Source: Oscillospiraceae bacterium (GTDB lineage: Bacteria; Bacillota; Clostridia; Oscillospirales; Ruminococcaceae). From it: DNA of 58,982 nt. Made by a program: the position numbers and the translations under genes. How positions within the stretch are numbered: the first letter of the stretch is position 1; each line of letters starts with the position of its first letter. The notes below the pieces were generated by a model. That model had not been told where the DNA came from and did not search any database. It saw only the letters and a program-made list of their open reading frames with translations. Of this stretch, positions 33,581 through 41,549 are shown one piece after another. Where the stretch lies: contig SVNB01000001.1 of NCBI GenBank assembly GCA_015067125.1, forward strand, positions 1-58,982, in the 5' to 3' direction.

Positions 33581-34243
33581 TTATTTTTTCGCTTTTCCCA
33601 TAAGCTCCTCAGCTATATGTGTTGTTAAACGTTGAGTTTCAAAAAATAACAACTCTTTTTCAAAAATTTCCGAATCCTCAGAAATCTTTTTATTTTTATC
33701 GCAATACATACAACGGTTTAATATATTTAACAATTTATAAAACTCATTTGATTCGATCAAAGCGTTTAAAGCTGTTTTGTCGAGGTAATCTCCCCAACTT
33801 TCAAAATCGGGTTGCATTTCTATTTCTTTATTGCTTTGATAGTCGTTTTCGTCGAACGCATCCCACTCTTTACCCAGTTTTTCATATTCAGCTATTTTTT
33901 CAGCTCTTGCCACATCGGCGGAGCTTCTTTTTTTTATAATTTTTTCAACTGCATTTTCAGAAAGCCCGGTATTTTCGCATATGTCCGCTGTTACGTGATG
34001 CTTTGTATCGTATTCGCAAAGCAAATAACCAATATCGCAATTAAAAATGATGCAAAGTTTAAACAAAAAATTCAAATCAAAACCGCTTATATCCGCTTTA
34101 CCGTTCTCTATTGCTGATAATTTATTTCTGCCAATATAAACGCCTTCTTTTTTCAGTCGCTCCATTAAATCATCTTGTGACATTTTTTGTTCCTTGCGTT
34201 CTTTTTGTAAACGCTTGCCGATTTTATCAAAATCGTATTTCAT
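33581..34243 (-). CDS. cI-like XRE-family repressor with extended C-terminal domain
   Basis: Start placed at MKYDFDKIGKRLQKERKEQKMSQDDLMERL (HTH). Directly upstream of, and co-directional with, the integrase. Divergent from the xis-side genes. Confidence 0.75.
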   Translation of the reverse strand: MKYDFDKIGKRLQKERKEQKMSQDDLMERLKKEGVYIGRNKLSAIENGKADISGFDLNFLFKLCIIFNCDIGYLLCEYDTKHHVTADICENTGLSENAVEKIIKKRSSADVARAEKIAEYEKLGKEWDAFDENDYQSNKEIEMQPDFESWGDYLDKTALNALIESNEFYKLLNILNRCMYCDKNKKISEDSEIFEKELLFFETQRLTTHIAEELMGKAKK

Positions 34244-34516
34244 TTTAAGCAACTTCTTTCCTTGTAATTTTACACTGTGTAAATACTGGTTATTTTCAAG
34301 ATACATTTTATCGTAATATAATGTAAATGTCAATAAAATTAAATGTCCGAAAAATCATTTGACACACGGTTTTTAATAATGTTTAAAGAAGATATTTTTA
34401 ACTTTAAGTATATTTAAACTCAACAGAAATTAACCTAACATAAAAATTTTTTACGGTTAATTTTTGCCGATTTATTTTATACCTATTTTCGAGCAAACAA
34501 AAAGGAGGTGCAACAA

Positions 34517-34666
34517 ATGGAACTTTCCAAGGAAGAAAAAGCCGCAAGAGCGGAATATTACCGCAAATGGAGAGTGAAAAATCCGGAAAAAGTTCAGGCC
34601 GCTTTTAAAAAATACTGGCTCAAAAAAGCGGACGAGATGAAAGCGGAAGAAAGAAAGGAGGAATAA
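34517..34666 (+). CDS. 49-aa basic protein (MELSKEEKAAREYYRKWRVKNPEKV...), first gene of the rightward island operon
   Basis: Not in the ORF track (under 60 aa). AAAGGAGG RBS 8 nt before ATG 34517. The stop lies 3 nt before the next start codon. Confidence 0.55.
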   Translation: MELSKEEKAARAEYYRKWRVKNPEKVQAAFKKYWLKKADEMKAEERKEE

Positions 34667-34669
34667 CAA

Positions 34670-34903
34670 ATGGGACGTTTCAGATATTGCCGTGATGTTG
34701 TTGCGGAGGTCAGACGCATTGATCCTAATTCAAAACTAACCGAGCGGGCTTTGAGGGAATGGATTGCAAGCGGAATATTACCCGCTCTTGGAAGCGGTAA
34801 CCGCAGGCTAATTGATCTTGATGTGGTACTTGATATTTTGAAAGAACCACACATTATTTCGCAGGAAAAAGATCAATTCCCCAAAATCCGACAAATTGGA
34901 TAA
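34670..34903 (+). CDS. Excisionase-like (MerR-type HTH) DNA-binding protein
   Basis: AGGAGGA RBS. LTERALREWIASGILPALGSGNRRLIDLDVV resembles Xis/AlpA-type HTH proteins. Confidence 0.55.
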   Translation: MGRFRYCRDVVAEVRRIDPNSKLTERALREWIASGILPALGSGNRRLIDLDVVLDILKEPHIISQEKDQFPKIRQIG

Positions 34904-34920
34904 TAAACGAAGGAGTACAA

Positions 34921-35286
34921 GTGAGTAAAAAGAAATATAAAGCAGCTCCACACTGCAAAATTAATTCGTGGCTTTCCGCAAATGACAACTGCGTAGAGGT
35001 AAGTTTTATACAAGTTGGCGGTTCTTTGCTCAAAAGCCCTATATTTAACAGTCTTGCATACTCTACACGCTATATTTATCTTTGCTGTGCTTCTGAAGCT
35101 GCAGGTAAAACAACTTTTAATTTTCCTGCTTCTTTTTTCAAAATATATGGATTTTCAGAATCTACCGGGCAAAGAGCGTTGTTTGAGTTAGCCCAAAACG
35201 GTTTTATAAAGCTTACTTTTTCGGGGAAGGTTAACCGTTTGCCGAATGAATATCAGTTTAACTATGAATGGAAAGGACGTGCCTAA
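34921..35286 (+). CDS. Hypothetical winged-helix-like protein (possible replication/initiation factor)
   Basis: GTG start with GAAGGAG RBS. FSESTGQRALFELAQNGFIKL looks like a winged-helix recognition segment. No confident family assignment. Confidence 0.45.
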   Translation: MSKKKYKAAPHCKINSWLSANDNCVEVSFIQVGGSLLKSPIFNSLAYSTRYIYLCCASEAAGKTTFNFPASFFKIYGFSESTGQRALFELAQNGFIKLTFSGKVNRLPNEYQFNYEWKGRA

Positions 35287-35317
35287 ACGAACTTTTAAAG
35301 AGAATAGGGGTGAAGTA

Positions 35318-35533
35318 ATGGCTTTTAAACTTATCAACCATATTGCCGAACTTAGTCACGGCGTAACTTATACACTCAACCTTTCAATGGTTGAAATGGA
35401 CGGCAAAGGTCCATATATAAATATTGGAAAATGGCACGAAAACACACATAAACGTTTTTCCGGCAATCTCACACTTGACGAGGCCAAAGCCCTTTACAAA
35501 GCTCTTGGTGATATGCTAAACGAAAATAAATAA
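35318..35533 (+). CDS. YdbC/PC4-like small DNA-binding protein
   Basis: ATG at 35318 (MAFKLINHIAELSHG...LNLSMVEMDGKGPYINIGKWHE...LTLDEAKALYKALGDML). The pattern resembles B. subtilis YdbC-type PC4-fold proteins. Confidence 0.45.
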   Translation: MAFKLINHIAELSHGVTYTLNLSMVEMDGKGPYINIGKWHENTHKRFSGNLTLDEAKALYKALGDMLNENK

Positions 35534-35539
35534 CAAAAA

Positions 35540-35571
35540 CCGTCGGGGGGGATTTTCCTCCGGCGGTTTTT
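35540..35571 (+). terminator. Terminator of the rightward island operon
   Basis: CCGTCGGGGG-GGATTTT-CCTCCGGCGG (two G-T wobbles) followed by TTTTT. Confidence 0.7.
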
Positions 35572-36169
35572 CTATCAGAAAGGTTTATAAAACGAAATGC
35601 GGCTTAACCCTATATTTTATTTTTTTGGTTTATTTCGTTTTTTATATTACACCACTTTCTGACGCTTTCATCAAACAGCCGTGCTCAAAATCGCTTTCTT
35701 GTTTTGCGCCGTGCTCACGTTTAAAGGCTCTGTGACAAGCCTTTTGTTTCATCCTATAATTTACCACTTTTACCATAAAAATACTTCATAAGCTTTTTAA
35801 AACCCTTTGGAGCGTATTTACATTGAACAACGCCCGCTCAACAACTCTTTTAGCGTAATCTTTTCTAAGGTTTTACGGTTATTTATTACTTTCGCAAAAA
35901 ATACGCACGCAAGAGAGTTTGTTTTTATTTTTGCTAACTTCCCGGAAATATTTTCGTTATTTTAAACTCCCCCACCTGGTATAAATATATAGTGTTATTC
36001 AATTTGATATAGTACCCACGAACGAAAACAAGCCATTTTTCGAACTTTGCTTACTTCAAAATGAAGTAGTGTACCCTGTTTTTTACCATTATTTGGTAGC
36101 GTAGCATTCAAAAAGAAGTAAGTACGTGTATCAAAATGAAGTAGCCATTTTATTTTTTAAATAGGAATA

Positions 36170-36328
36170 TCAAATCGTATGTTTTGCTTCTTTGCGTTTT
36201 TTCAAGTAAGCAATAAACTCTCTTTTGGATTCATCAGAAAGGGAATCGTATATTTCAAAAAAATCCTCATAAAACTTTTCTTTGTTGTTTTTGTATTCGT
36301 CCATAAGTATCTCGGTTGTAAAATTCAT
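36170..36328 (-). CDS. 52-aa acidic hypothetical protein, the only RBS-supported ORF in the ORF-poor segment
   Basis: Not in the ORF track. AGGAGG lies 8 nt before ATG 36328. Translation: MNFTTEILMDEYKNNKEKFYEDFFEIYDSLSDESKREFIAYLKKRKEAKHTI. Confidence 0.45.
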   Translation of the reverse strand: MNFTTEILMDEYKNNKEKFYEDFFEIYDSLSDESKREFIAYLKKRKEAKHTI

Positions 36329-36984
36329 TTTTCTTTTCCTCCTGGTGTTGATATATTTTTATTTAGAAATTAGGCGGAGCCTAACATCTGACTTTTTGGA
36401 AGAGCTGTATGCCCTTTGGTTTTACTTTTTTGCTTTTCTATCTGCAAAGTACGGGGGTATGTTTATCAATATAATGCTGATCCCGTTCCTTACTGTTTAC
36501 CATACGTTTAAAAACAATAGATATTTACCAATTGTTAATTACTTTCCCGCATAATTTAAATAACTGTTGAACGTCACCAACGGTTATATACACTTATATG
36601 GAGCGGGGTTTGCTCATAAACTGGTTAAGCTCGTTTGGTTCTTGTCTTTGCCTTTGGCCGTGCTTCGCTTATGTTAATACCTATATACCTTTATCGTTTG
36701 CATATGGTTATGTTTGTATCTTTATCTTTATTAGTGTTATACCCTTGCTGTTCTTGTATAGGTATGTTGCTATTGCTATCTTATGTTATGGCCTCTGCCG
36801 TGGTCGTACTTGCCTGTAAGCTGCGCCGGTGCTATAATATATATGGGTGCAATAGTTACCCGCTCACCTTTTGGTGTCTGCTCCTGGCCTTGTATTGTGC
36901 CTGTGGGCTGCGCCGTGTCACGTCATATATAATGATGTTCCCTCTTCATTATCATTGTTAAAAGTTTGTTTATCGTTCGGAAAA

Positions 36985-37027
36985 TTAGCTAACAACTTGC
37001 TAACAAATATCTCATTTGCTAACAAAC
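36985..37027 (+). repeat. Three GCTAACAA motifs (candidate arm-type sites, attR side)
   Basis: TTAGCTAACAACTTGCTAACAAATATCTCATTTGCTAACAAAC. Same orientation as the pair at 31330-31356. Confidence 0.5.
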
Positions 37028-37122
37028 AATATAGCACGATAACGATTTTTAATCAACGGAAAATGGCTTAATAATCGCATAAAATGCCCTCGGCAAAACT
37101 ACCAAATTTTCTAAAAATGCAA

Positions 37123-37146
37123 TTCAAGTCCCATTTACCGCACCAA
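37123..37146 (+). repeat. attR core (displaced copy of the tRNA-Leu 3' end)
   Basis: Identical 24-mer to 31238-31261. Confidence 0.85.
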
Positions 37147-37149
37147 AAA

Positions 37150-37182
37150 AGCAGGGAGCAAATTTTGTTCCCTGCTTTTTTT
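37150..37182 (+). terminator. Hairpin terminator immediately after attR
   Basis: AGCAGGGA-loop-TCCCTGCT followed by TTTTTTT. Confidence 0.6.
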
Positions 37183-37327
37183 GATTTTATAATATGCGGA
37201 GTTGCGACCCATCAAAAACGGGGTCCCCAAAAAATCCAAAAGATTTTTTGGGGAGAGGAGCGGCAGCAAAGCGTCTTCGAAATTTTATTTTTAATAAAAC
37301 TCCGATCAGCGAAGCTTGCCGCGACGA

Positions 37328-37349
37328 AAGTCCCATTTACCGCACCAAG
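37328..37349 (+). repeat. Third, shorter copy of the tRNA-Leu 3' end
   Basis: AAGTCCCATTTACCGCACCAAG (22 nt) matches the tRNA end including the first flanking G of copy 1. It is followed by its own hairpin, CGTTAAC-TTTT-GTTAACG, plus a T-run. Confidence 0.75.
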
Positions 37350-37412
37350 GTCGTTAACTTTTGTTAACGGCCTTTTTTCTTTATCAAAACAAAAATCAGG
37401 GAGGCAACACTT

Positions 37413-37724
37413 ATGGAAAAATTTATCCCTTACGAAAAACTTTCCAAAAAACAAAAGCGCGAACTTAACGCAAAAAAGCGCCGCGGCTGGAACGGCCTTA
37501 ACCCCGTAACCAGAAAACCCCAGAACCCGAAAGCATATAACAGAAAAAAGGCACAGCATCAAAACGATTTTGATACTGTGCCTTTGTTTTTTTCAGATAT
37601 TATCTCTGGCCGTAGCTGTTGCGAACAAAATCCTGCATATAGGCAATTTTGTCGTCATCAATGGTTTTCGGGGTGCCGATGCATCTTGCCATGTAATAGA
37701 TCTGAGAAGTCATTTCCAGAATAG
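37413..37724 (+). CDS. Small basic protein (MEKFIPYEKLSKKQKRELNAKKRRGWNGLNPVTRKP...) with an apparent C-terminal extension
   Basis: GGGAGG RBS. From memory, the N-terminal 55 aa or so resemble a short conserved hypothetical protein common in Clostridia. The reading frame continues 125 nt into the convergent aldolase gene. Confidence 0.5.
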   Translation: MEKFIPYEKLSKKQKRELNAKKRRGWNGLNPVTRKPQNPKAYNRKKAQHQNDFDTVPLFFSDIISGRSCCEQNPAYRQFCRHQWFSGCRCILPCNRSEKSFPE

Positions 37725-38238
37725 TGCATACTTTAAAAGCGGTATCCATATCTTTGCCAACAGCTACCGCGCCGTGGTTTGCCAAAAGGCAGGCGGCTCC
37801 TTCTTTGCCGATGGCCGCAATGGCGTTTTCCGCCATCTCTTTGGAACCTGGAAGAGCATATTCCGTTACGGGAACATTGCCAAGAGTCTGTGCCGCTTCG
37901 TCAATTACCGGAGGAATATTTTCGTGCAAAAGAGCAAAAATCTGGGAATACACCGGGTGGGTATGAACAACCGCGTTTACGTCCGGGCGGTTTTTCATAA
38001 TGCCAAGGTGCATTGCATATTCAATGGTGGGTTTTCTTTCTCCTTCAATGCGGTTGCCGTCAATATCCATAACAACAATGTCGTCGTCAACAAGGGTATC
38101 ATAGGGCATACCGGAAGGAGTAAGATAAACGTATCCGGTTTCCGGATCACGCACGCTGATGTTTCCCCAGGTTTCAACGGTAAGTCCGGATTTTACCATA
38201 CGAAGGCAGGCATCAATCAAAAATCTTTTATAGTTCAT
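37600..38238 (-). CDS. Class II aldolase/adducin-family protein (fuculose-phosphate aldolase / ribulose-5-P 4-epimerase-like)
   Basis: GNISVRDPETGYVYLTPSGMPYD, VHTHPVYS, LLANHGAVAVGKDMDTAF. Confidence 0.85.
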   Translation of the reverse strand: MNYKRFLIDACLRMVKSGLTVETWGNISVRDPETGYVYLTPSGMPYDTLVDDDIVVMDIDGNRIEGERKPTIEYAMHLGIMKNRPDVNAVVHTHPVYSQIFALLHENIPPVIDEAAQTLGNVPVTEYALPGSKEMAENAIAAIGKEGAACLLANHGAVAVGKDMDTAFKVCTILEMTSQIYYMARCIGTPKTIDDDKIAYMQDFVRNSYGQR

Positions 38239-38254
38239 TTTTATACCTCCAAAA

Positions 38255-39385
38255 TCATTCTCCCACTTTAACAGAAACGCCGTTTATTTCAACGCCTTCG
38301 TCAGCGGGTACCATAATGTATTTTCTTCCGTCAACAATTTTTGTTTCCACAAGATAGCTGTATTCCGGCGCAACGGAAATTTTTACCTGCGGAGTTACCA
38401 CCTCGAACTTTTTGCTGTCGATGATGTTTGCGGGTTTAAGGGGCTTATCCTCTCCAAACTGTTTTTTTACCTTTTCTTTAAAAATTTCGACTTTTTCTTT
38501 CGCAACGCCGGAATTTTCAAGAATATCGCCCACTTCCCTGCTGCTCAAATCCAGCGGAGCGGGATTTTTGCTTTCTTTGTGTTCCACAATGCGTTCGCAT
38601 ATCTGTTCGTGAACGGACTGTATAACGTCAAAGCTGCAGTCCTCTTCAAGGGTTTCCGTAAGCACCTCCTGAAAAGTCATCTTCTGTTCTCCTGCGGACA
38701 TGGGAATTTCCGTTTTAAAAACAGATTCGATAAATTCCTGCTGCATCATATCCGTATCTTTAGTATAGAAAAGGGCGTTATATATATTCGTTGCCCTGTC
38801 ATCAAAACAGGGGAACAAAAATCCCATTTCCGGTGCGGCAACCGTTTGCGGAAAAGTGCAGTTATGAAAAGCGCTTTCATCAATAACGTATCCAAGTTCC
38901 GTTTTGCTTTCATTCACCGGGCAGACGGAACAGACAAAATAGCTGAATACCGTATCCGAAGCATCTTCCACAGAAAGTTCGTCCGTGCCTTTAAACGGAA
39001 CGTCATATTTATCCGCACCCAAAAGAATAATATAGTTGCAGTCCAGGTTCACCGCCGGAATTATCTTTTTATAAAGCTCTTCCCGCAGCTCTGCGTTGCC
39101 GATATCCTTTCGGATATCCATCAGAAGCCTGTGTTCTTCGCCTTCCATAACCTGCTGCGTGGAAAATTCAATATCAATAAGGTTTTTTCCAAGCGAACCG
39201 GAAAGTGCCTTTTTAAAAAGCGCCATATATCTTTCGCCTTCGGATTGCGGCATCACGGCAACCGGTTCTTCAATATATGCAATAATTTCTTTCATCTGGT
39301 TTACAAAACAGCCGTAAACCTTGCTTATGCAGTTTTTATCAAGCGCAAGCCTGCGGCGGATTTCGTTAAGTTCCTTTTGATTCAT
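38255..39385 (-). CDS. DUF4317-like protein
   Basis: GGGAGGG RBS before ATG 39385. From memory, MNQKELNEIRRRLALDKNCISKVYGCFVN... resembles the DUF4317 family of Clostridia. Confidence 0.6.
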   Translation of the reverse strand: MNQKELNEIRRRLALDKNCISKVYGCFVNQMKEIIAYIEEPVAVMPQSEGERYMALFKKALSGSLGKNLIDIEFSTQQVMEGEEHRLLMDIRKDIGNAELREELYKKIIPAVNLDCNYIILLGADKYDVPFKGTDELSVEDASDTVFSYFVCSVCPVNESKTELGYVIDESAFHNCTFPQTVAAPEMGFLFPCFDDRATNIYNALFYTKDTDMMQQEFIESVFKTEIPMSAGEQKMTFQEVLTETLEEDCSFDVIQSVHEQICERIVEHKESKNPAPLDLSSREVGDILENSGVAKEKVEIFKEKVKKQFGEDKPLKPANIIDSKKFEVVTPQVKISVAPEYSYLVETKIVDGRKYIMVPADEGVEINGVSVKVGE

Positions 39386-39519
39386 AAAACCCTCCCTATA
39401 CAAAATTTTGCCGAATACATTGTATCATATTTTTTTGCTTTGTGCCACATTTTTCTTGACCCTCTTTTGCCGGCGTGATAATATTTTTATATACATTATT
39501 ATAAAGGAGGTTTTCCGCC

Positions 39520-40851
39520 GTGTACCTTCCGAACGAAGTTAAAAAAGCCATATCCATGCTCGAAAAATCCGGTTACGAAGCTTACGCCGTGGGCGGCTGC
39601 GTGCGCGATAGTCTTCTTGGAAAAATTCCGACGGATTATGACGTAACAACCTCCGCATTTCCGGAAGAAACCAAATCCGTTTTTAAAAACGAGCACGTTA
39701 TAGAAACCGGCATAAAGCACGGCACCGTAACGGTGCTCATAAACAATTATCCAATAGAAATAACCACCTTCCGGATAGATAAAAACTATTCCGATAACCG
39801 CCATCCGGATAGCGTGGAATTCACCCGTTCGTTAAAAGAAGATCTTTCCCGGCGTGATTTTACCGTAAACGCCCTTGCCTACAGCGAAAAAACAGGCCTT
39901 GTGGATATGTTCGGCGGCCTTTCGGATATCGAGCACAAAATCATCCGCTGCGTCGGAAGTCCCGATGCTCGTTTTGAGGAAGATGCCCTGCGCATTATGC
40001 GCGGCCTGCGTTTTGCTTCCTGCCTTGGGTTTGATTTGGAAGAAAAAACCGCCGCTTCCATTTACAAAAACCGCGAACTTTTAAAAAACGTAAGCGCAGA
40101 AAGGCTTTTTTCGGAACTTAAAAAACTCATCTGCGGCAAAGATGCCGCAAAAATCCTTGTTGAGCACGCAGAAACTCTTTCCGTGCTCATTCCGGAGCTT
40201 TTGCCGCTTAAAAGCTTTGAACAGCACCACTTCCGCCACGATAAAGACGTTCTTGGCCACACGGCGGCGGTGCTTCAAAACGTTTCGCCTGTGCCCGCCT
40301 TGCGCCTTGCGGCGCTTTTGCACGATATTGCAAAACCCCTTTGCCAGAGTTTTGATGAAAACGGTACTGCTCATTATTTCGGTCACGCACCCCTCAGTGC
40401 TCAGATTGCGGAAGAAATTCTTCTGCGCTTAAAATCCGATAACGAAACCAAAAACGCCGTCTGCCTTCTTATCCGGCATCACGGAGACCGTTTTCCGGCC
40501 GAACCAAAGGCCATAAAGCGTATGCTTTCCAAAATCGGGCCAAAAAGCTTTGATGACCTTATTACGCTTATGCGCGCCGATGACCTTGGCAAACGGCCGG
40601 AATATTACCCCGGCGAAGAATTTTTTCAGAATTACAAAAATATCGCCGCAAAAATAATAGCGGACGAAGAATGTTTTTCTCTTAAAAACCTTGCGCTTAA
40701 CGGCAGGGATTTGATATCCGCCGGCTTTGCCCCGGGACCGGAAATGGGCAGAATCCTTTCCGCCCTGCTCGAAGCCGTTCTGGAAGAAGATCTGCCCAAC
40801 CAAAAAGAAAAACTGCTCGATTACGCCATAAAAAACTTTTTACAAAGATAA
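39520..40851 (+). CDS. cca: CCA-adding tRNA nucleotidyltransferase with HD domain
   Basis: GTG start with AAAGGAGG RBS. GGCVRDSLLGKIPTDYDVTT, RRDFTVNALAY, HD region HHFRHDKDVLGHT...LLHDIAKP. Confidence 0.9.
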   Translation: MYLPNEVKKAISMLEKSGYEAYAVGGCVRDSLLGKIPTDYDVTTSAFPEETKSVFKNEHVIETGIKHGTVTVLINNYPIEITTFRIDKNYSDNRHPDSVEFTRSLKEDLSRRDFTVNALAYSEKTGLVDMFGGLSDIEHKIIRCVGSPDARFEEDALRIMRGLRFASCLGFDLEEKTAASIYKNRELLKNVSAERLFSELKKLICGKDAAKILVEHAETLSVLIPELLPLKSFEQHHFRHDKDVLGHTAAVLQNVSPVPALRLAALLHDIAKPLCQSFDENGTAHYFGHAPLSAQIAEEILLRLKSDNETKNAVCLLIRHHGDRFPAEPKAIKRMLSKIGPKSFDDLITLMRADDLGKRPEYYPGEEFFQNYKNIAAKIIADEECFSLKNLALNGRDLISAGFAPGPEMGRILSALLEAVLEEDLPNQKEKLLDYAIKNFLQR

Positions 40852-40929
40852 AACCTTAAATGTAAAACACTTTTGACAGCGCTTTTTCCGCCCCTGTGAT
40901 AAAATTACAGCCAAGGAGGAATGCCCTTT

Positions 40930-41514
40930 ATGGAAATAGGAAAACAAATAAAAAAATACCGTTCGGAACTTTCACTTTCTCAGGAAGAATTTGCGGATAA
41001 AATCTTTGTTACCCGCCAGACTGTTTCCAACTGGGAAAACGATAAAAGCTATCCGGATATAAACAGCCTTGTGCTGATGAGCAATGTTTTCGGCGTTTCT
41101 CTTGATAATCTTATCAAAGGGGACGTTGATGAAATGAACGAAAAAATCAAAACAGAGGATATCGAATCTCTTAACAAAGAAAACAACTGGCTTACCGCCG
41201 CTTTTATCTGGGATTTTTTTATGCTTGTGCCCATGCTTAAACTTTTCGGCATCTGGGGCGCAGTAATTTTCGGCGTGGTTTTTCTTCTCGGCTTTATCAA
41301 AGCAGTAAAAGTGGAAAAACAAAAAAAGAAGCTGGATATCCAGACCTACAAAGAAATAAACGCCTTTATGGAGGGTAAACGCCTTGACGAAATCGAAAAA
41401 CAGCGCGAAATCGCAAAGCGGCCCTATCAAAAAATCCTTCTTGCCATCGGCTGTGCCGTTGCCGCATTTGTCATCACCTATCTTATGGCCGTGATTTTTA
41501 AACTGGAAATATAA
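40930..41514 (+). CDS. Membrane-anchored XRE-family HTH protein
   Basis: AAGGAGGA lies 9 nt before ATG 40930. HTH LSQEEFADKIFVTRQTVSNWENDKSYPD. Two to three C-terminal TM segments. Confidence 0.75.
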   Translation: MEIGKQIKKYRSELSLSQEEFADKIFVTRQTVSNWENDKSYPDINSLVLMSNVFGVSLDNLIKGDVDEMNEKIKTEDIESLNKENNWLTAAFIWDFFMLVPMLKLFGIWGAVIFGVVFLLGFIKAVKVEKQKKKLDIQTYKEINAFMEGKRLDEIEKQREIAKRPYQKILLAIGCAVAAFVITYLMAVIFKLEI

Positions 41515-41549
41515 CAAAAAAGCACCGCTTTTTTAAGGCGGTGCTTTTA
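41515..41549. terminator. Bidirectional terminator
   Basis: AAAAAAGCACCGC-loop-GCGGTGCTTTT. Confidence 0.7.

Larger units (their letters stand above)
31238..37146. mobile_element. 5.9-kb integrative island (tyrosine integrase, cI-like repressor, Xis-like protein) inserted into the 3' end of tRNA-Leu
   Basis: 24-nt direct repeats TTCAAGTCCCATTTACCGCACCAA at 31238-31261 and 37123-37146 bracket an integrase, a repressor, an excisionase-like gene and small phage-type genes. No capsid, conjugation or relaxase genes are visible. Confidence 0.8.

Noticed and set aside
36598-36961. Two overlapping hydrophobic, Cys-rich + strand ORFs (73 and 108 aa) in the island's ORF-poor segment that look like small membrane proteins.
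   Set aside because: Two different frames over the same T/G-rich, A-depleted DNA both give hydrophobic peptides. Neither has an RBS, and one needs a TTG start. The hydrophobicity follows from the base composition. I kept the region as a non-coding curiosity instead.
37185-37349. Possible second, disrupted tRNA-Leu gene. The stretch begins GCGGAG... and ends with the tRNA 3' end copy.
   Set aside because: Apart from GCGG and the terminal 22-mer there is no D-arm, anticodon arm or T-arm 5' half, so no cloverleaf can be drawn. It is better explained as an att-site copy plus filler.
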